From: Diplonema japonicum | Taxonomy: Eukaryota; Protista; Euglenozoa: Diplonemea | DNA: 64,000 nucleotides | Reading direction: 5' to 3' | Assembly: GCA_964019335.1 (NCBI GenBank) | Contig: OZ025714.1 | Span: 310,001 to 374,000 of the forward strand | Part shown: piece after piece, positions 12,158 through 23,552 of the stretch | Layout: each line of letters begins with the position of its first letter | How positions within the stretch are numbered: position 1 is the stretch's first letter | Translations under genes and position numbers: made by a program | Notes under the pieces: generated by a model | Databases searched by the model: none | What the model saw: only the letters and a program-made list of their open reading frames with translations | Told to the model about the DNA's origin: nothing

Positions 12158-12248
12158 TACTGTAAATCTCTTAATTTTATCCGGTAAGAAAAAGTGTGCA
12201 GGGGGGGGGGGACTTTTTCTTCAGGAAGAAATTAACAGATTTACAGTA
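12158..12248. mobile_element. Micro-MITE-like element with 20-bp terminal inverted repeats (TACTGTAAA...TTTACAGTA)
   Basis: tactgtaaatctcttaattt matches the reverse complement of aaattaacagatttacagta at 19/20 positions. The same termini recur elsewhere in the window. Confidence 0.55.
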
Positions 12249-12492
12249 TTTTTTTATTCCCCTCCCTTCTTCTCTACTTCCCCCCCCCCCCCCTTTCTTC
12301 TTCATCTTTTGAATATCATAATCATGCTACATAAATAAAAAGGGAGAAAAGGATACCTTATATAATAAAAAAAAAACGAAAAGAAAGGAGAGAGAAAAAA
12401 AATCCCCTCCCCTCCCCCCTTTCCCATATTTAACCACCTTTTTCCTCCCAAAAGAAAAAAAAGAATAAGAAGAAGAAGAAAAAAAAGAAAAA

Positions 12493-15400
12493 TCAACAAT
12501 AGTTTGTAGCCGAGTCTGAACATGAAGCGGGGTCCAAGTTCGAGGTGTACGCGGATAAAGGTACAGGGTAAGTAGGACAAGTTAAATTGTGAGCTGGGAC
12601 GCTTGGCGCGAAAATCGAATTCTTCACGGTACAAGCAAAGTCCCGGGCGACAGGGCGGCCCCTCGTACGCGCCGCAAGCGTAGAATAGTAATTACTTATG
12701 ATGACGAAAACAGCGTTAACAGACGGGATCAACCTGGCAGTGTACTTTCCTTGCGTGCAGCCATCGTTGAGGCTCCCTGTGAGGACGTTGCTGAAGACGG
12801 CCCGGTTCAATGAGAAGGTTTGCGTGTGAAGCGGGCAATAGTGGGAACGCTCCATAGGGGGCGTTCTTCCGTTGCGGAAGCTTTCGTACATCTCACGTCC
12901 GTCAACATCCAGCTCGACACGCTGCTTCTGTGCGTATCTAGACGTCCATGTGTCCGCCACACGACACTCTCCCTGCTGATCTACATTTACTGACTTATCA
13001 TAACCCTTGTGAACATCAACGAGCTGCCGCATCAGCTCGCCCTCTGTGAACGGCAATGGTGGGGTGATATCTGTCACCTCATTCTCCCATGACGACGAGG
13101 AGTTCCATAATACAAACCCTGCAGCATCCATGATGTAACACCGAGTCTCGCATGTTACATTTCCCGACGAATGCATGCACGTGTAGGATCCCCCGCACGC
13201 TGTGGAATTATCTGTAACGGTAGTCGCGCGAGTGAGTAATGACAGTTCGGCTGCCCATTTGGTTAATGGTACTTCGGTGCTGAGAACGCCTAGAACCCGG
13301 CTGGATGAACATGTGTTCCCGGTCGGTAGTTTTAAACACACGCCAGGAAGCGTTGCACCGCAGTCGGAATCCTGCGTGCATGTTAATGCTGCGATCTCGT
13401 CTTTTCCCTTCATGATGGCCCTGCTGAATGTTATCTTCGCATCCTTTGACACGCCGTCGATGAAGGGCTTCGCTATCGTGTACAACCCCGGGTTGTACTC
13501 CGATATTTTGAAGAAATCGTGTTGTGTTGGGTTGAGCGCTTTGTGGAAGGGTCTGACCTGCAGTACCAGATGGTTTCCGAGCGACGTTGTGAACCTTCTG
13601 TTGAGTACCTCGTTGCTCAACCATTTCCCGAAGTCGATCGTGGTCGAGAGCTTGAAACGCGCGGAGACCAGGTCCAAAGACGTTCTGATGTCATGCAGAC
13701 AGTCCGGGCGGATCTGATACGGCTTGACGTCAGTAAAATCGCACCTTGCAGGCTCACCATCGATGTTAATCTGTTTGTCAATGTATGTGATGTCTACATC
13801 CGTCATTGCTGTTCTTGTTTGGTACAGCAAGCTGTTGCAGAAACAGGTTTCTCTGATGAACACGCCGGTTCGTTCGCCGGTTGTCAGATTCGTCCGTGGG
13901 CTTTTGAACGTTTGCACGTTGTATGTGTCCCTCAACAGTTCGTTGGGGTACAGGTCTATTCTGTGGTACACCCCGGCCGCCTCCTCGCTGACTAGGTTCT
14001 GTGTTTTTATTGGGCTGTTTTTCTTCACGGTTTTCACGGACCCCGCGAGGGTTGCGTGCTGCACCACGCATATAGTAAACGGTGTGCCTCGTATCCTTCT
14101 GTACGCGTACTTTTTCGGGATGTTAACTGTCGTATACCCGTAGCCTTCCCCTCCCGTGTATCTCCTCAATGGACCCGTGATAGAACGTACCCCATCCGTC
14201 CCCGCCAGCATTTCCTCTCGAACTGTTAGAAACGCCTGCGGCTGCATGACACCAGATGAGTCGGGGCTCATTTCCAACTCCTCGATGTAAGGATAAATCG
14301 CGTCGATTTCAGTCGGTTTGTAAAGAACCTTTAAATACGGATGCACCAACGTCTCACCCTTCGCGTTGATGAGGAACGCATACGAATATTCTGTCGCGGT
14401 TTCTTCGAGGTAAAGCTGTATGTCCGACAGAGGGAAGTCCACCGCGACAACACCATAAAACTGGTTCAGGTAGGAGTACGCAACAGACGCCGATAAAACT
14501 CTTTTTTGCGAACCGAAAATGTCGAAGTAAGGTGACGACCAGGTTGAAGTGGTTCTCGGCACAGATTTATCGATCCAATGCTTGAAGTTTTCGATTGCTT
14601 GCGTGGTCTGGGTACCTGTTTCGGATACGTACTCAATACCACCACGGAACTGGCATGCTGCGTTGGTAACTCCTGTTCGCTCAGCTTTCTTCGACAGCAC
14701 CCCGTACGAAAAGAACATCCCTTCGTAGCCCTCACTTTTCAGAGAGTTCGCGATACCCTCGTCCGTTTCATTATATTCACAAAGGTTTGACGGTAACCAG
14801 TTTCCATTTTCGGAATATCTGCCTGTCCCGCAATATGCATCGGGGTCGGTATCTTCTTCGTCTGTTATAAAGACAACCGCCTGCGCGCACCCTTTGTCAG
14901 GTAAGTTTCCCCCGTGGGTTTTGAACAATTGCCCCGCTGTTTTAAACGATTCTGTGAAGGCTGTTGCTCCGTATGGTTTGAACCTTTCGAGGATGTCCAT
15001 GAACTTTTTCTTGTTCGAACCGGTAGCAGGGTGAAAACCCTGCCCGCAACCAAGAAGTTCCGCTTCCGATTTATACCAGGGTTTCGACCAAACATCCGTG
15101 TATGTGGAACCGGCCAGGACAACTGCGAAATTATCATTCTCACTTATAGATTGAAACAGTTTCCCGACAAGATCAAGGGTGATCCTCCATCTCGACATGG
15201 ATACCATGCTTCCACTGGAATCAATGACGAAAACGATGTTTTTTGTAGAACCAACTGCGTTTCGGTACCATGGTCTTGACGCGATGTCCAAGGGAACTGC
15301 GTGGCCGGAAAATGTCTTGGGCCACGCCCGTGCAGGGTAGAAACGCATTGCTTTATCTTTGTATGTGGCATATTGTGAAAGCACATGCGGGGTTTTCAGT

Positions 15401-15957
15401 TGTTTCTTCGCGAAGGATTCGTCGAGCCTAGCGGACCATTCTACAAAATCGATCACATGTGTGTCTTGTCTTGGTGCGTCGCTTGCTAATCTTACAGATG
15501 TTTTTGTGAAGTCCACATCGTAAGAGTACCTGACTGCGCCTGATGTGTTGTTCGCCTCCTCTGGGATGGTGCATAACAGCCCACCGGGCATTACTGTCTG
15601 GTTGAAGCCCTCGGCGTCCCAGTAGTGGGTGTCATAGGAGCCTTGTTTAATGAGAGCTTCGGCGTCGGATTTTAGGTCTCTTACAATGTTGCCCAGGAGT
15701 TCTACCCAAATGAACAGTGTGTTGTGGATGTCTTGTACTTGTCTGGAGATGTCGTTGGGGTCCAGTGTCCATGGGAGGTCTGCAGCTGCTTCGCTTACCT
15801 TGTCGGCTGACAGGATGTCCGTTACAAGGTTCCTGACATTCTGCGACAGTGTCTCCGTCCACGTTGTCACCGTTTCCGTCGTTGATGTGGGTTGCCCCTC
15901 GCACTGCGTTGATAATATACAGATTGCCGCCAATATTATTTTTTGAACGTTTTTCAT
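12493..15957 (-). CDS. Secreted VWA plus Cache domain protein (voltage-gated Ca-channel alpha2delta / CACHD1-like)
   Basis: Signal peptide, RPWYRNAVGSTKNIVFVIDSSGSM (VWA MIDAS DxSxS), Cache motif WSSPYFD...GVVAVDFPL...YAFLINAKGETLVHP, Cys-rich C-terminus. Confidence 0.88.
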   Translation of the reverse strand: MKNVQKIILAAICILSTQCEGQPTSTTETVTTWTETLSQNVRNLVTDILSADKVSEAAADLPWTLDPNDISRQVQDIHNTLFIWVELLGNIVRDLKSDAEALIKQGSYDTHYWDAEGFNQTVMPGGLLCTIPEEANNTSGAVRYSYDVDFTKTSVRLASDAPRQDTHVIDFVEWSARLDESFAKKQLKTPHVLSQYATYKDKAMRFYPARAWPKTFSGHAVPLDIASRPWYRNAVGSTKNIVFVIDSSGSMVSMSRWRITLDLVGKLFQSISENDNFAVVLAGSTYTDVWSKPWYKSEAELLGCGQGFHPATGSNKKKFMDILERFKPYGATAFTESFKTAGQLFKTHGGNLPDKGCAQAVVFITDEEDTDPDAYCGTGRYSENGNWLPSNLCEYNETDEGIANSLKSEGYEGMFFSYGVLSKKAERTGVTNAACQFRGGIEYVSETGTQTTQAIENFKHWIDKSVPRTTSTWSSPYFDIFGSQKRVLSASVAYSYLNQFYGVVAVDFPLSDIQLYLEETATEYSYAFLINAKGETLVHPYLKVLYKPTEIDAIYPYIEELEMSPDSSGVMQPQAFLTVREEMLAGTDGVRSITGPLRRYTGGEGYGYTTVNIPKKYAYRRIRGTPFTICVVQHATLAGSVKTVKKNSPIKTQNLVSEEAAGVYHRIDLYPNELLRDTYNVQTFKSPRTNLTTGERTGVFIRETCFCNSLLYQTRTAMTDVDITYIDKQINIDGEPARCDFTDVKPYQIRPDCLHDIRTSLDLVSARFKLSTTIDFGKWLSNEVLNRRFTTSLGNHLVLQVRPFHKALNPTQHDFFKISEYNPGLYTIAKPFIDGVSKDAKITFSRAIMKGKDEIAALTCTQDSDCGATLPGVCLKLPTGNTCSSSRVLGVLSTEVPLTKWAAELSLLTRATTVTDNSTACGGSYTCMHSSGNVTCETRCYIMDAAGFVLWNSSSSWENEVTDITPPLPFTEGELMRQLVDVHKGYDKSVNVDQQGECRVADTWTSRYAQKQRVELDVDGREMYESFRNGRTPPMERSHYCPLHTQTFSLNRAVFSNVLTGSLNDGCTQGKYTARLIPSVNAVFVIISNYYSTLAARTRGRPVARDFACTVKNSIFAPSVPAHNLTCPTYPVPLSAYTSNLDPASCSDSATNYC

Positions 15958-15958
15958 T

Positions 15959-15992
<34 letters not shown>

Positions 15993-16099
15993 TGTGTTCA
16001 CCTTTTTTTTTTTCCTTTTTTTTTTCTTAGAAAAAGTTTCCGAATGACAATAAAAAAAGATGTAAGAAAGAGCAAGGTGGAAAAAAAAAAAAAATTGAT

Positions 16100-18850
16100 A
16101 AATTTCGGTGTGCGGGTGGGTGCTCACCGTTCAGGAAGAAATTCACACTAATCGGTCACCGTTCTGCGGTTGCTGTCTGGTGCCTGCGGTGGCTGTTTGT
16201 CGCGATGAGATGGACGGCATCTGGGCGAGAAACATTGCTTGGAGTCGTGCTAGGTAGGGGGCGGTTTGGCTCGAGGAGAAGAGTGGTCTCCTGTCGTAGC
16301 CGTGTGTCGTCGGGCCCCCAAGATGTCGAAGGGTGTGTACCCTTGTCTTTGCGTTGGCGGGGAAAGCATTCTTCCCACTCTTTGCTGTGCATTTCTGAAT
16401 ACGTCCTAAGATGTATCGCATCCTTCCAGCCTTCTCTGTGAGCCAGTCCTGGTCGTCGAGGGGTCCAGCCAAGGACTGCCGGGTGGCCTGCTCATAGTCT
16501 ACTGCGAGCTCCATCGTCGTGACGGACGTCAACTTCCTGCCTGCGTACCATCTTAGGCTTTTCAGCCACCTGAGGACGCTCTTTATGTAGAACATTAGGA
16601 CCTTTCCCGACGCTCCGTTCGATTTCAACAGCTCCACTGTGGGCACAGTGTGCTGCTTCCCCGTTGTGATCTCATCCCACGGGTTGGTGGTGAGGATTCT
16701 GGTGCTCCGTTCAGCCGCTCTGGCGTCTCGTCTTGTCACGACATCCAACAGGTATCGTTGCACGACTGCCGCCTGTTGCTTCGCAGCCCCCGTTGCGCCC
16801 CTTGGAATGATCCCGTGGAGGGCGGTCACTGCAGGTAGGTCACTTCGTGTCATCCCGCCATATCTTTCGTTTGTCAGGGCAGCTCTCGCTGGTGCACATT
16901 CCCACAGGGCGTGCTCCGTGACTTCTGTCGTCGTCTGGCATCGATGGTCGCAGACGTCGCACGCAAGAGACGAGCTTTCCACACCCTCACGTTCATCCAA
17001 TTGCTTCCCCCACACTCGAGGGTGTACCGTGAACACTGCACCGCTGATGATCCGCCGCAGTCTGTACGATATCAGCGGTCTCCGTGACTGGAGCTTCCTC
17101 CACCAGGCGTTCGTGGACGGACATGCACCCGCTTCCATTCCAGCAAAAGACGACCTGCCGTGGATCAATTCCTTTGCAACAGCCGGTCTGATCGCCTGTC
17201 TTACTTCATGGCGTCCAAGGCATCTAGGTACGCGTCGTCCGCGTACGACAGCGATCGTGAGCCAGGTACCTCAGCAATCACGCACTTCACCATCACTGAC
17301 ACCAGAGCGTTCACCAGGATGACGGAGATTGGACACCCTTGGAGAATTCCATTTGTCACGTGGAACTCGGAACCCACGCCAGTAGGGAAGCGGAAACGTC
17401 TTTTGAGGCCTGCGTACATCGCTTTGAGCGGGGTCAGTATCCTCTGGTGCAAACCCAGGTCTTGCATAAGCCCGAACGCTACTTTCTGTGGCACCCTGTC
17501 GAAGCACTTGACGAAGTCCAGTGCTATGCCGTTAAGAGGGGTGTTGGTCAGCATCGCCGTCTCCAGCTGCGTGCTGAGCTCCATCAGGATGCTGTCTGTC
17601 CCGTGACGTGGTCGAAAACCATGCTGCGAGTCGTCCGCCCATTTCTCTTGCCAGGCGTATATCACGTAACCTGGCACAGGCCCACAGTCTGTAGACCGCA
17701 CTCGTGACTGTGATGGGGCGGTGGTTGAGCGGAGTCCTCTCGCCTCCCTTCGGGATCAGCGTAACCAACGCCGTCAGGAGTGCCTTCGGCCACTTCCCTG
17801 TCACCTCGATGGCGTTGAAGAGCATCGCCCACGCATCCAACAATACATTTGGCATAGCGCGAAGTTCTGCCATCCTCCACCCATCAACTCCCGGTGCTGT
17901 CCTCGTCGATTTCTTGGCCAGAACTGCTCTCAGATCAGCCCCTGTCAGTGGCTGGAGCACCATGTCATGCGTCGAGATGTATGGCCCGTATCTAGCCTTG
18001 AAAGCCTCGTACGATGGTTCTTCATGCCCTTCACCGTACATCTGGAGCACGCCGTCCCATTCCGCGTGCATCATCCTGTCCATCTCGAGGTCTGCGGTCA
18101 GCACTCCGCCGCTCTCCACTGCCTGCGCCGCTGACGTAGAAGTGTTTTTCACAAAGGCGGTCATCCCCCTCCGCTCCTCCTGGAACTGGGTGTTGATCCT
18201 CGCCTCGTACTTCTTCTCCCGCTCCACTCTCGTGTCCTTTGCGATCTCGCGTAGTAGCGAGGAGAGGTTGTCGTCTAGCAGTTGAAGTCTGGTGACAATC
18301 GACTCCAGGTCATCCTTCAGCAAGTTCCTATCAAATACTGGAGGGTTCGGCAGTTTCTCCAGCAAACTCAGCGCATTCGCCCAAGTCCTCAACAGAACTA
18401 CTGGCATGTTGCACACTTGTCCCTTGTCAATCATCACCTGAATTTCCGCGCTGATGTGTGCAAGCTTCCTCTGCAAACAGGCAATCGACTTCTGTCTACC
18501 CACCGCTGCGCCCGTGGCTTCCTTTACAGACTTGGCCGACAGGCATTTCTCCTTGGGTTTGCGCACCTCGCCCCTCCCTCGGAAAGTCTTCTGTTGCTAG
18601 TGAAGCTGTGCAGCGTAGTGATCTGTGAGTGGGATTTTACCACGAAACGCGAACAAGCCCTTCCTGCCCTGCTGCTCATATCGGTAAAGCCGACCGCCGT
18701 GCACTCCGACAATCTCGCATCGTCTTCCTTTACAATCGCCGTTTGCATATTCCAAAATATCACCCGAACGAAAACCGAACGTATCTACGCAAGCTTCGTC
18801 GCTTACTAAGGGCGGCTTTCTGTGGTAAGCACCTAAATATGTGTTTTAAT
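16100..18850 (-). mobile_element. Defective non-LTR retrotransposon (RT plus CCHC-like C-terminal region); frameshifted, internally deleted, 5'-truncated
   Basis: RT motifs APGVDGW, LIPKG...HRPITV, QHGFRP, LDFVKCFD, GILQGCPIS and YADD are split across ORFs 17532..18566 and 17201..17701. The sequence jumps straight after YADD to a C-terminal ORF (16143..17168) with CDVC...HALWEC. A 3' stem-loop lies at 16106-16129. Confidence 0.88.
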
Positions 18851-19904
18851 GGCGCAGAAGACAGGACTACATATAAAAAAAAAGTTCTTTTTAATTAAAA
18901 TGTTTTGTCATGCAAAGCAAAAAGAAAGAGAGAAAGGACTGGAAAGAGAGCCCTTCCACGCAGCCTCCACGTGGAACATAACAAACATGGTCCCTTGGTG
19001 CAATAATCAATGGCAGCTCGGTGCCTGCCAATAAAATATGATTCTCCTGAAAGAAGAAGACGGGCTCTAAGTCCCTCCCTCGCCTTGTTTAGGGACTTGT
19101 ACTGTAACCCCATGGAATACTTGTATGGCTTCCCCCCTTTTTATCCCAGTCTTCCCTCATGATAAAATAAAACCACTTACACGCCCTCAAGTAATGCTCT
19201 AACGCCACTAGAGGTTCCCGATTTTTGGTAAACGCATAACTTGTTTAAAGAGAAGTGTTGTTTTTCACCTCGACCCGGACCAAAGGTCTTGCGGTGTTTT
19301 GGAGATCTGCATTCGTAAGATCTATTTGTATTTATAAAAGGGAAAAAGAAGGGGGCGCGGGTAGGGGAGGAGGGGAAACACTTTAAATATGGGGCCAGAC
19401 GCGAAAGAGGAGGAGGGAACAAATTTTTTCTTCCAACTCTTTTTTTGGGGGGGGGAGTGGGTGAGGGGGGGAGGCAAGTATAAGTTAAGCTAATACACTG
19501 CTTCGTTTAACAGCCTTTCTCATTTTCCTCCGTCTAGAGGGGAAATATCTCAGAAATGCTTTGAAGAAAATAAAAAATAACAACTAGAAAAAGCAGGATA
19601 AATTGAAGACAAGAAAACACTTGGTACTCCCATTTTTTTTTTTTTTCCTTCAAACTATATCTATTTCTTGTCTTCTTTCATGCAGGGTAGTCAGCTGCTT
19701 GATGTGTTCTCTCTGTTGCGGGGCCGCACTTCTCGCAAGTGCGTTGGTTGTGGTTTTCCTTCAACAGTTTGTGGTGCCCGGACTTCAGCTCGCTACGAGG
19801 GTGCCGTCATTTATGGCTGTAGGGGGTCTGCATCCACACACTGATCAGTACTTCTTCTCTTGCCTCCTGAGCCCCTCCTACATATTACTGTTACACTCAC
19901 TACT

Positions 19905-21927
19905 TTATTGCCTTAACCTCTCAAGCTCCTTGGGGAGGGGCAAGCTCTTGTTGGCTTTGATTGCCTGAAGGGAGGTGCACCCAGACAAGAACCAATTGCC
20001 GATGCTGGTGATGTTGGAAAGCGGTGCGAGATCGACAGCCTGGAGGGAGGTGCACTCATCCAAGAAGCCATCGCCGATGCTGGTGATGTTGGAAAGCAGT
20101 GCGAGATCGACAGCCTGGAGGGAGGTGCACCTTCTCAAGAACCAATTGCCGATGCTGGTGATGTTGGAAAGCGGTGCGAGATCGACAGCCTGGAGGGAGG
20201 CGCACCCAGACAAGAAGCTATCGCCGATGCTGGTGATGTTGGAAAGCGGTGCGAGATCAGCCTGGAGGGAGGTGCACCCTCTCAAGAACATATTGCCGAT
20301 GCGGTGATGTTGGAAAGCGGTGCGAGATCGACAGCCTGGAGGGAGGCGCACCCAGACAAGAAGCCATGGCCGATGCTGGTGATGTTGGAAAGCGGTGCGA
20401 GATCGACAGCCTGGAGGGAGGTGCACCCTCTCAAGAACATATTGCCGATGCTGGTGATGTTGGAAAGCGGTGCGAGATCGACAGCCTGGAGGGAGGTGCA
20501 CCCAAACAAGAAGCCATCGCCGATGCTGGTGATGTTGGAAAGCGGTGCGAGATCGACAGCCTGGAGGGAGGTGCACCCAGACAAGAAGCTATCGCCGATG
20601 CTGGTGATGTTGGAAAGCGGTGCGAGATCGACAGCCTGGAGGGAGGTGCACCCAGACAAGAAGCCATGGCCGATGCTGGTGATGTTGGAAAGCGGTGCGA
20701 GATCGACAGCCTGGAGGGAGGTGCACCCTCTCAAGAACCAATTGCCGATGGTGATAGACCCTGGCCCTGTCACGGTGGGCAATGAGTCGAGAGAGAAGCG
20801 GAGTGACCTCAGCCGAGAAGAGGTCTTGTCGTATCCATGTACCAGGAAGTAAGCAGCGATGTTGCCCCGCACGCCCTTCAGCACCACGTGTTCAAAGCCC
20901 ATCACAATGGGGACGTACCTCTTATCTACATCAACCAGGGAAGCCCCTGTGAAGTCAATCACCAAGAACGGTGGACATTCCTTCAGCTTAGCAAGCAACT
21001 GAAGCTCGTCGTGCTTCACCACCACCTGCATCATTCCCAAGAACCCCCTCATGCCTGTTTCCCACTCCACAACGAGGCCCTTCCTCTTCACTTCTTCCTC
21101 TGAGGTGAGTTGGCTTGCTTCCTTCAAGGCTACAACGGGATGCTGATGTTGGTTCGGATCGTAGTGGTGGTCGATGTTGTTGTTGTTGTTGTTGTTGGTG
21201 TGCTCAGGGAAGACCTTCACCCGTCCCTTGTCTTGGAAGACAGTCTTGCTGTCGGCATCCACGAACAGATCGAAGTCGCTGCTGAAGACCTCCACCCTGC
21301 GAACCCGTCCCAGCCCGTCCTCTGCGAAGGCCTTCTCAGCCGCAACCCGAACCACTTCCACACCCGACCCCACAGCCACACGGAGCAGCCTCTTCCTCTC
21401 CTCACCGAGGAGGTGAGCTATCGCCATAAGATCCAGGAGCTGCAAAGACATGTTGGAGGGACAAGGAGAAGAAGAAGAAGGACTGCTTGGGGAGGTGCCG
21501 TCGAGAATCTCCAGAACACGAGTGCTGCTGGGCCTGTCCACAAGGTCGGGAAGGAGGAGGGCGCAGACCACGGTGCAGAGCTGCTTGTCGGACAGGTTCT
21601 TCTCGAGGAGGAGGACTGCTTCGCGGTGTGCCTTCTCTCGCTGCTCAGGGTGGGGATTGTAGAGACTCCTGACCGTCACCTCCACAATGCCCTGCCCAAA
21701 CATGCAAGGAACACCTCGTGGGCCCTCACGATGTGCGGGTGCTCCACCTCCTTCAGCAGGAACGCCTCCGCAAGGCCTTCGTTCGCCTCGTCGGTCTTCC
21801 TCCACCTCAGCAGCTTCACCGCGAACACCTTCCCATCCTTCACCGCCCTCCACACCTCCCCGTATGAACCCTTCCCGAGCTTCTCCTCCAAGCGGTACCC
21901 TTTCAGCATCTCTCCTTTTTGCCACAT
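19905..21927 (-). pseudogene. Protein kinase-LRR fusion gene, disrupted
   Basis: Kinase N-lobe LGKGSYGEVW...FAVK...E...HPHIV (21676..21927), then a frame change to a subdomain XI-like DRPSSTRVLE with no HRD or DFG. Eleven 24-aa LRRs follow, with a 1-nt deletion at about 20302. Confidence 0.75.
19963..20752 (-). repeat. Coding tandem array of about 11 x 72-bp units (IGxxFLxGCTSLQAVDLAPLSNITS)
   Basis: Near-identical units gccgatgctggtgatgttggaaagcggtgcgagatcgacagcctggagggaggtgcac with a short variable segment. Confidence 0.95.
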
Positions 21928-22694
21928 TCTATTTTATTCCCCCTTCCCCCGTTCACTGTGGTGTGGTCAAGGGTACTTGAGAAATGAGACAATACTCAAA
22001 AAGGTAATAAAGACAACCTCACTCAAAAAAAAAAAAAAAAAAAAAGAAAAGTCCTCCCCAAACAAAACAACTGGTGGTAGTAGTGCGTACAATGGACAAG
22101 TCTTTTAAACCTTTTCCCTCAAAATAGATCAATCGAAACAGCAGTGAGTTCTTTTAGAACAAAAAAAGTAAGATAGGTCAGAAAAAAAAGGGTATTGAAA
22201 ATAGCACAATGATGGGTGAAGCGCAGTGGCTTACGACGCCTCACTGTGCAGAAGGAACCGTACATCAATGCGAATAAAGAGATTAAAAAGATAGCCTTCT
22301 ATTCTTCATCTTTCGACATATCCCTGAAAAAGTAGCAAGGGAGAGGGGAGGGGGGCGAAACAAAAATGCACCAATATGCCAACCTATTTTGTTTCTGTAA
22401 TATTTCTGCGGGCGGGAAGTTAGAAATTTTCCTTTGGGGGAAAAAAAAAAAAAAAAAAAGAATTCACTATGACATGAAAACGAAGTGGTTAGCAGCGGTC
22501 CATATAGAAATTCTTAGCTCAGGGCAACCCGTAAGTGCCTTTCCACGTTATGTGGGAGGAGGGGGGCTCGCGAAAGAAAAGAAGAAAGAAATGCAGATCA
22601 AGTGAAGTCACAACACACCGTAAAGAGGTAGAAGAAGAAGATACAAGCGAAACAAGATGGAGAGGGAGGGGGAAAAAAATATATGAGTTAAAGG

Positions 22695-22965
22695 AGGCCG
22701 GTGTTGGCGGCGCCCTGCACAAGAACTGTCTACTTGATTACAGGGGGCGCGCCGCGGCCGAGTTGTAGCTTCTTCTGCGTTCCGCGTCGTGTCCTTAATG
22801 CGTGCGGTGTACAGCTCAACCCCAGCCGGTGCGTCCCGGGTAACCAAGATTCTGCGCTCGTGCAGTTTGCTGCCTGTTCGTCACCCTGAGCATCTGCATT
22901 ATGTTCTTCCACTCGGGCGCTACCGGTGATGACCGACGAGGAGGTCAACAGCGAACAACACATCT
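22695..22965 (-). mobile_element. Probable degenerate retroelement 3' fragment; its terminal motif is repeated at 23345-23370
   Basis: GC-rich island ending in gtgcagggcgccgccaacaccggcc. A near-identical motif, gtgcagggcggccaccaacactggcc, is at 23345-23370. Both form stem-loops. Confidence 0.4.
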
Positions 22966-23552
22966 GATGTACTTCTTATATTTCCATGTTATCCCCACCA
23001 CCTGAAAAAAAGAAGAAGGTAAACCTCCCCCCTTTTTGTCACAGCTGACTAAATAACGCTGCCTGGAGATATGGTGATAAGGAAACAAATTGCGCATATG
23101 GTAAAGAAAAGGGCAAATAATAAAAAAGGGGGGGGGGGTAAGTAAAATTGGAAAGATGCACCTTCTTCACACCCCAGCTGACTAAATCATGCTGTTCGTG
23201 GCTGCCACTGGTAGGCGCCACGGGGTCCTTCTCCTCTTTCTGTGGCCAAGAATAAAAAAGAAGAAGAAAAAAAAAGAAAAGTGCTAATCCATTACTAACG
23301 GAGTAAAAAATCGAAACAAACAAAAACAATAAGAGATAACAGAGGGCCAGTGTTGGTGGCCGCCCTGCACTTCATCTTAAAGAAAAAAAATTGAAAAAAA
23401 AAAAGAAGAAGAAAAATTCGTAGCTGTTTTGCGCTGGTAAAAAAATCATATATATATATATATGGGAGAAAGAAGAATAAGATTACTGTAAACCAATATA
23501 ATTCCGGAAATTTATTGTTTTACAGAATCTTTTTTTTTTTTTGTTTTTTTCT

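Noticed and set aside
19963-20752. CRISPR-like array (constant repeat plus short variable segment)
   Set aside because: The unit is 72 bp (24 codons) and encodes an LRR. The variable parts are short and recur, there are no cas genes, and the context is eukaryotic.
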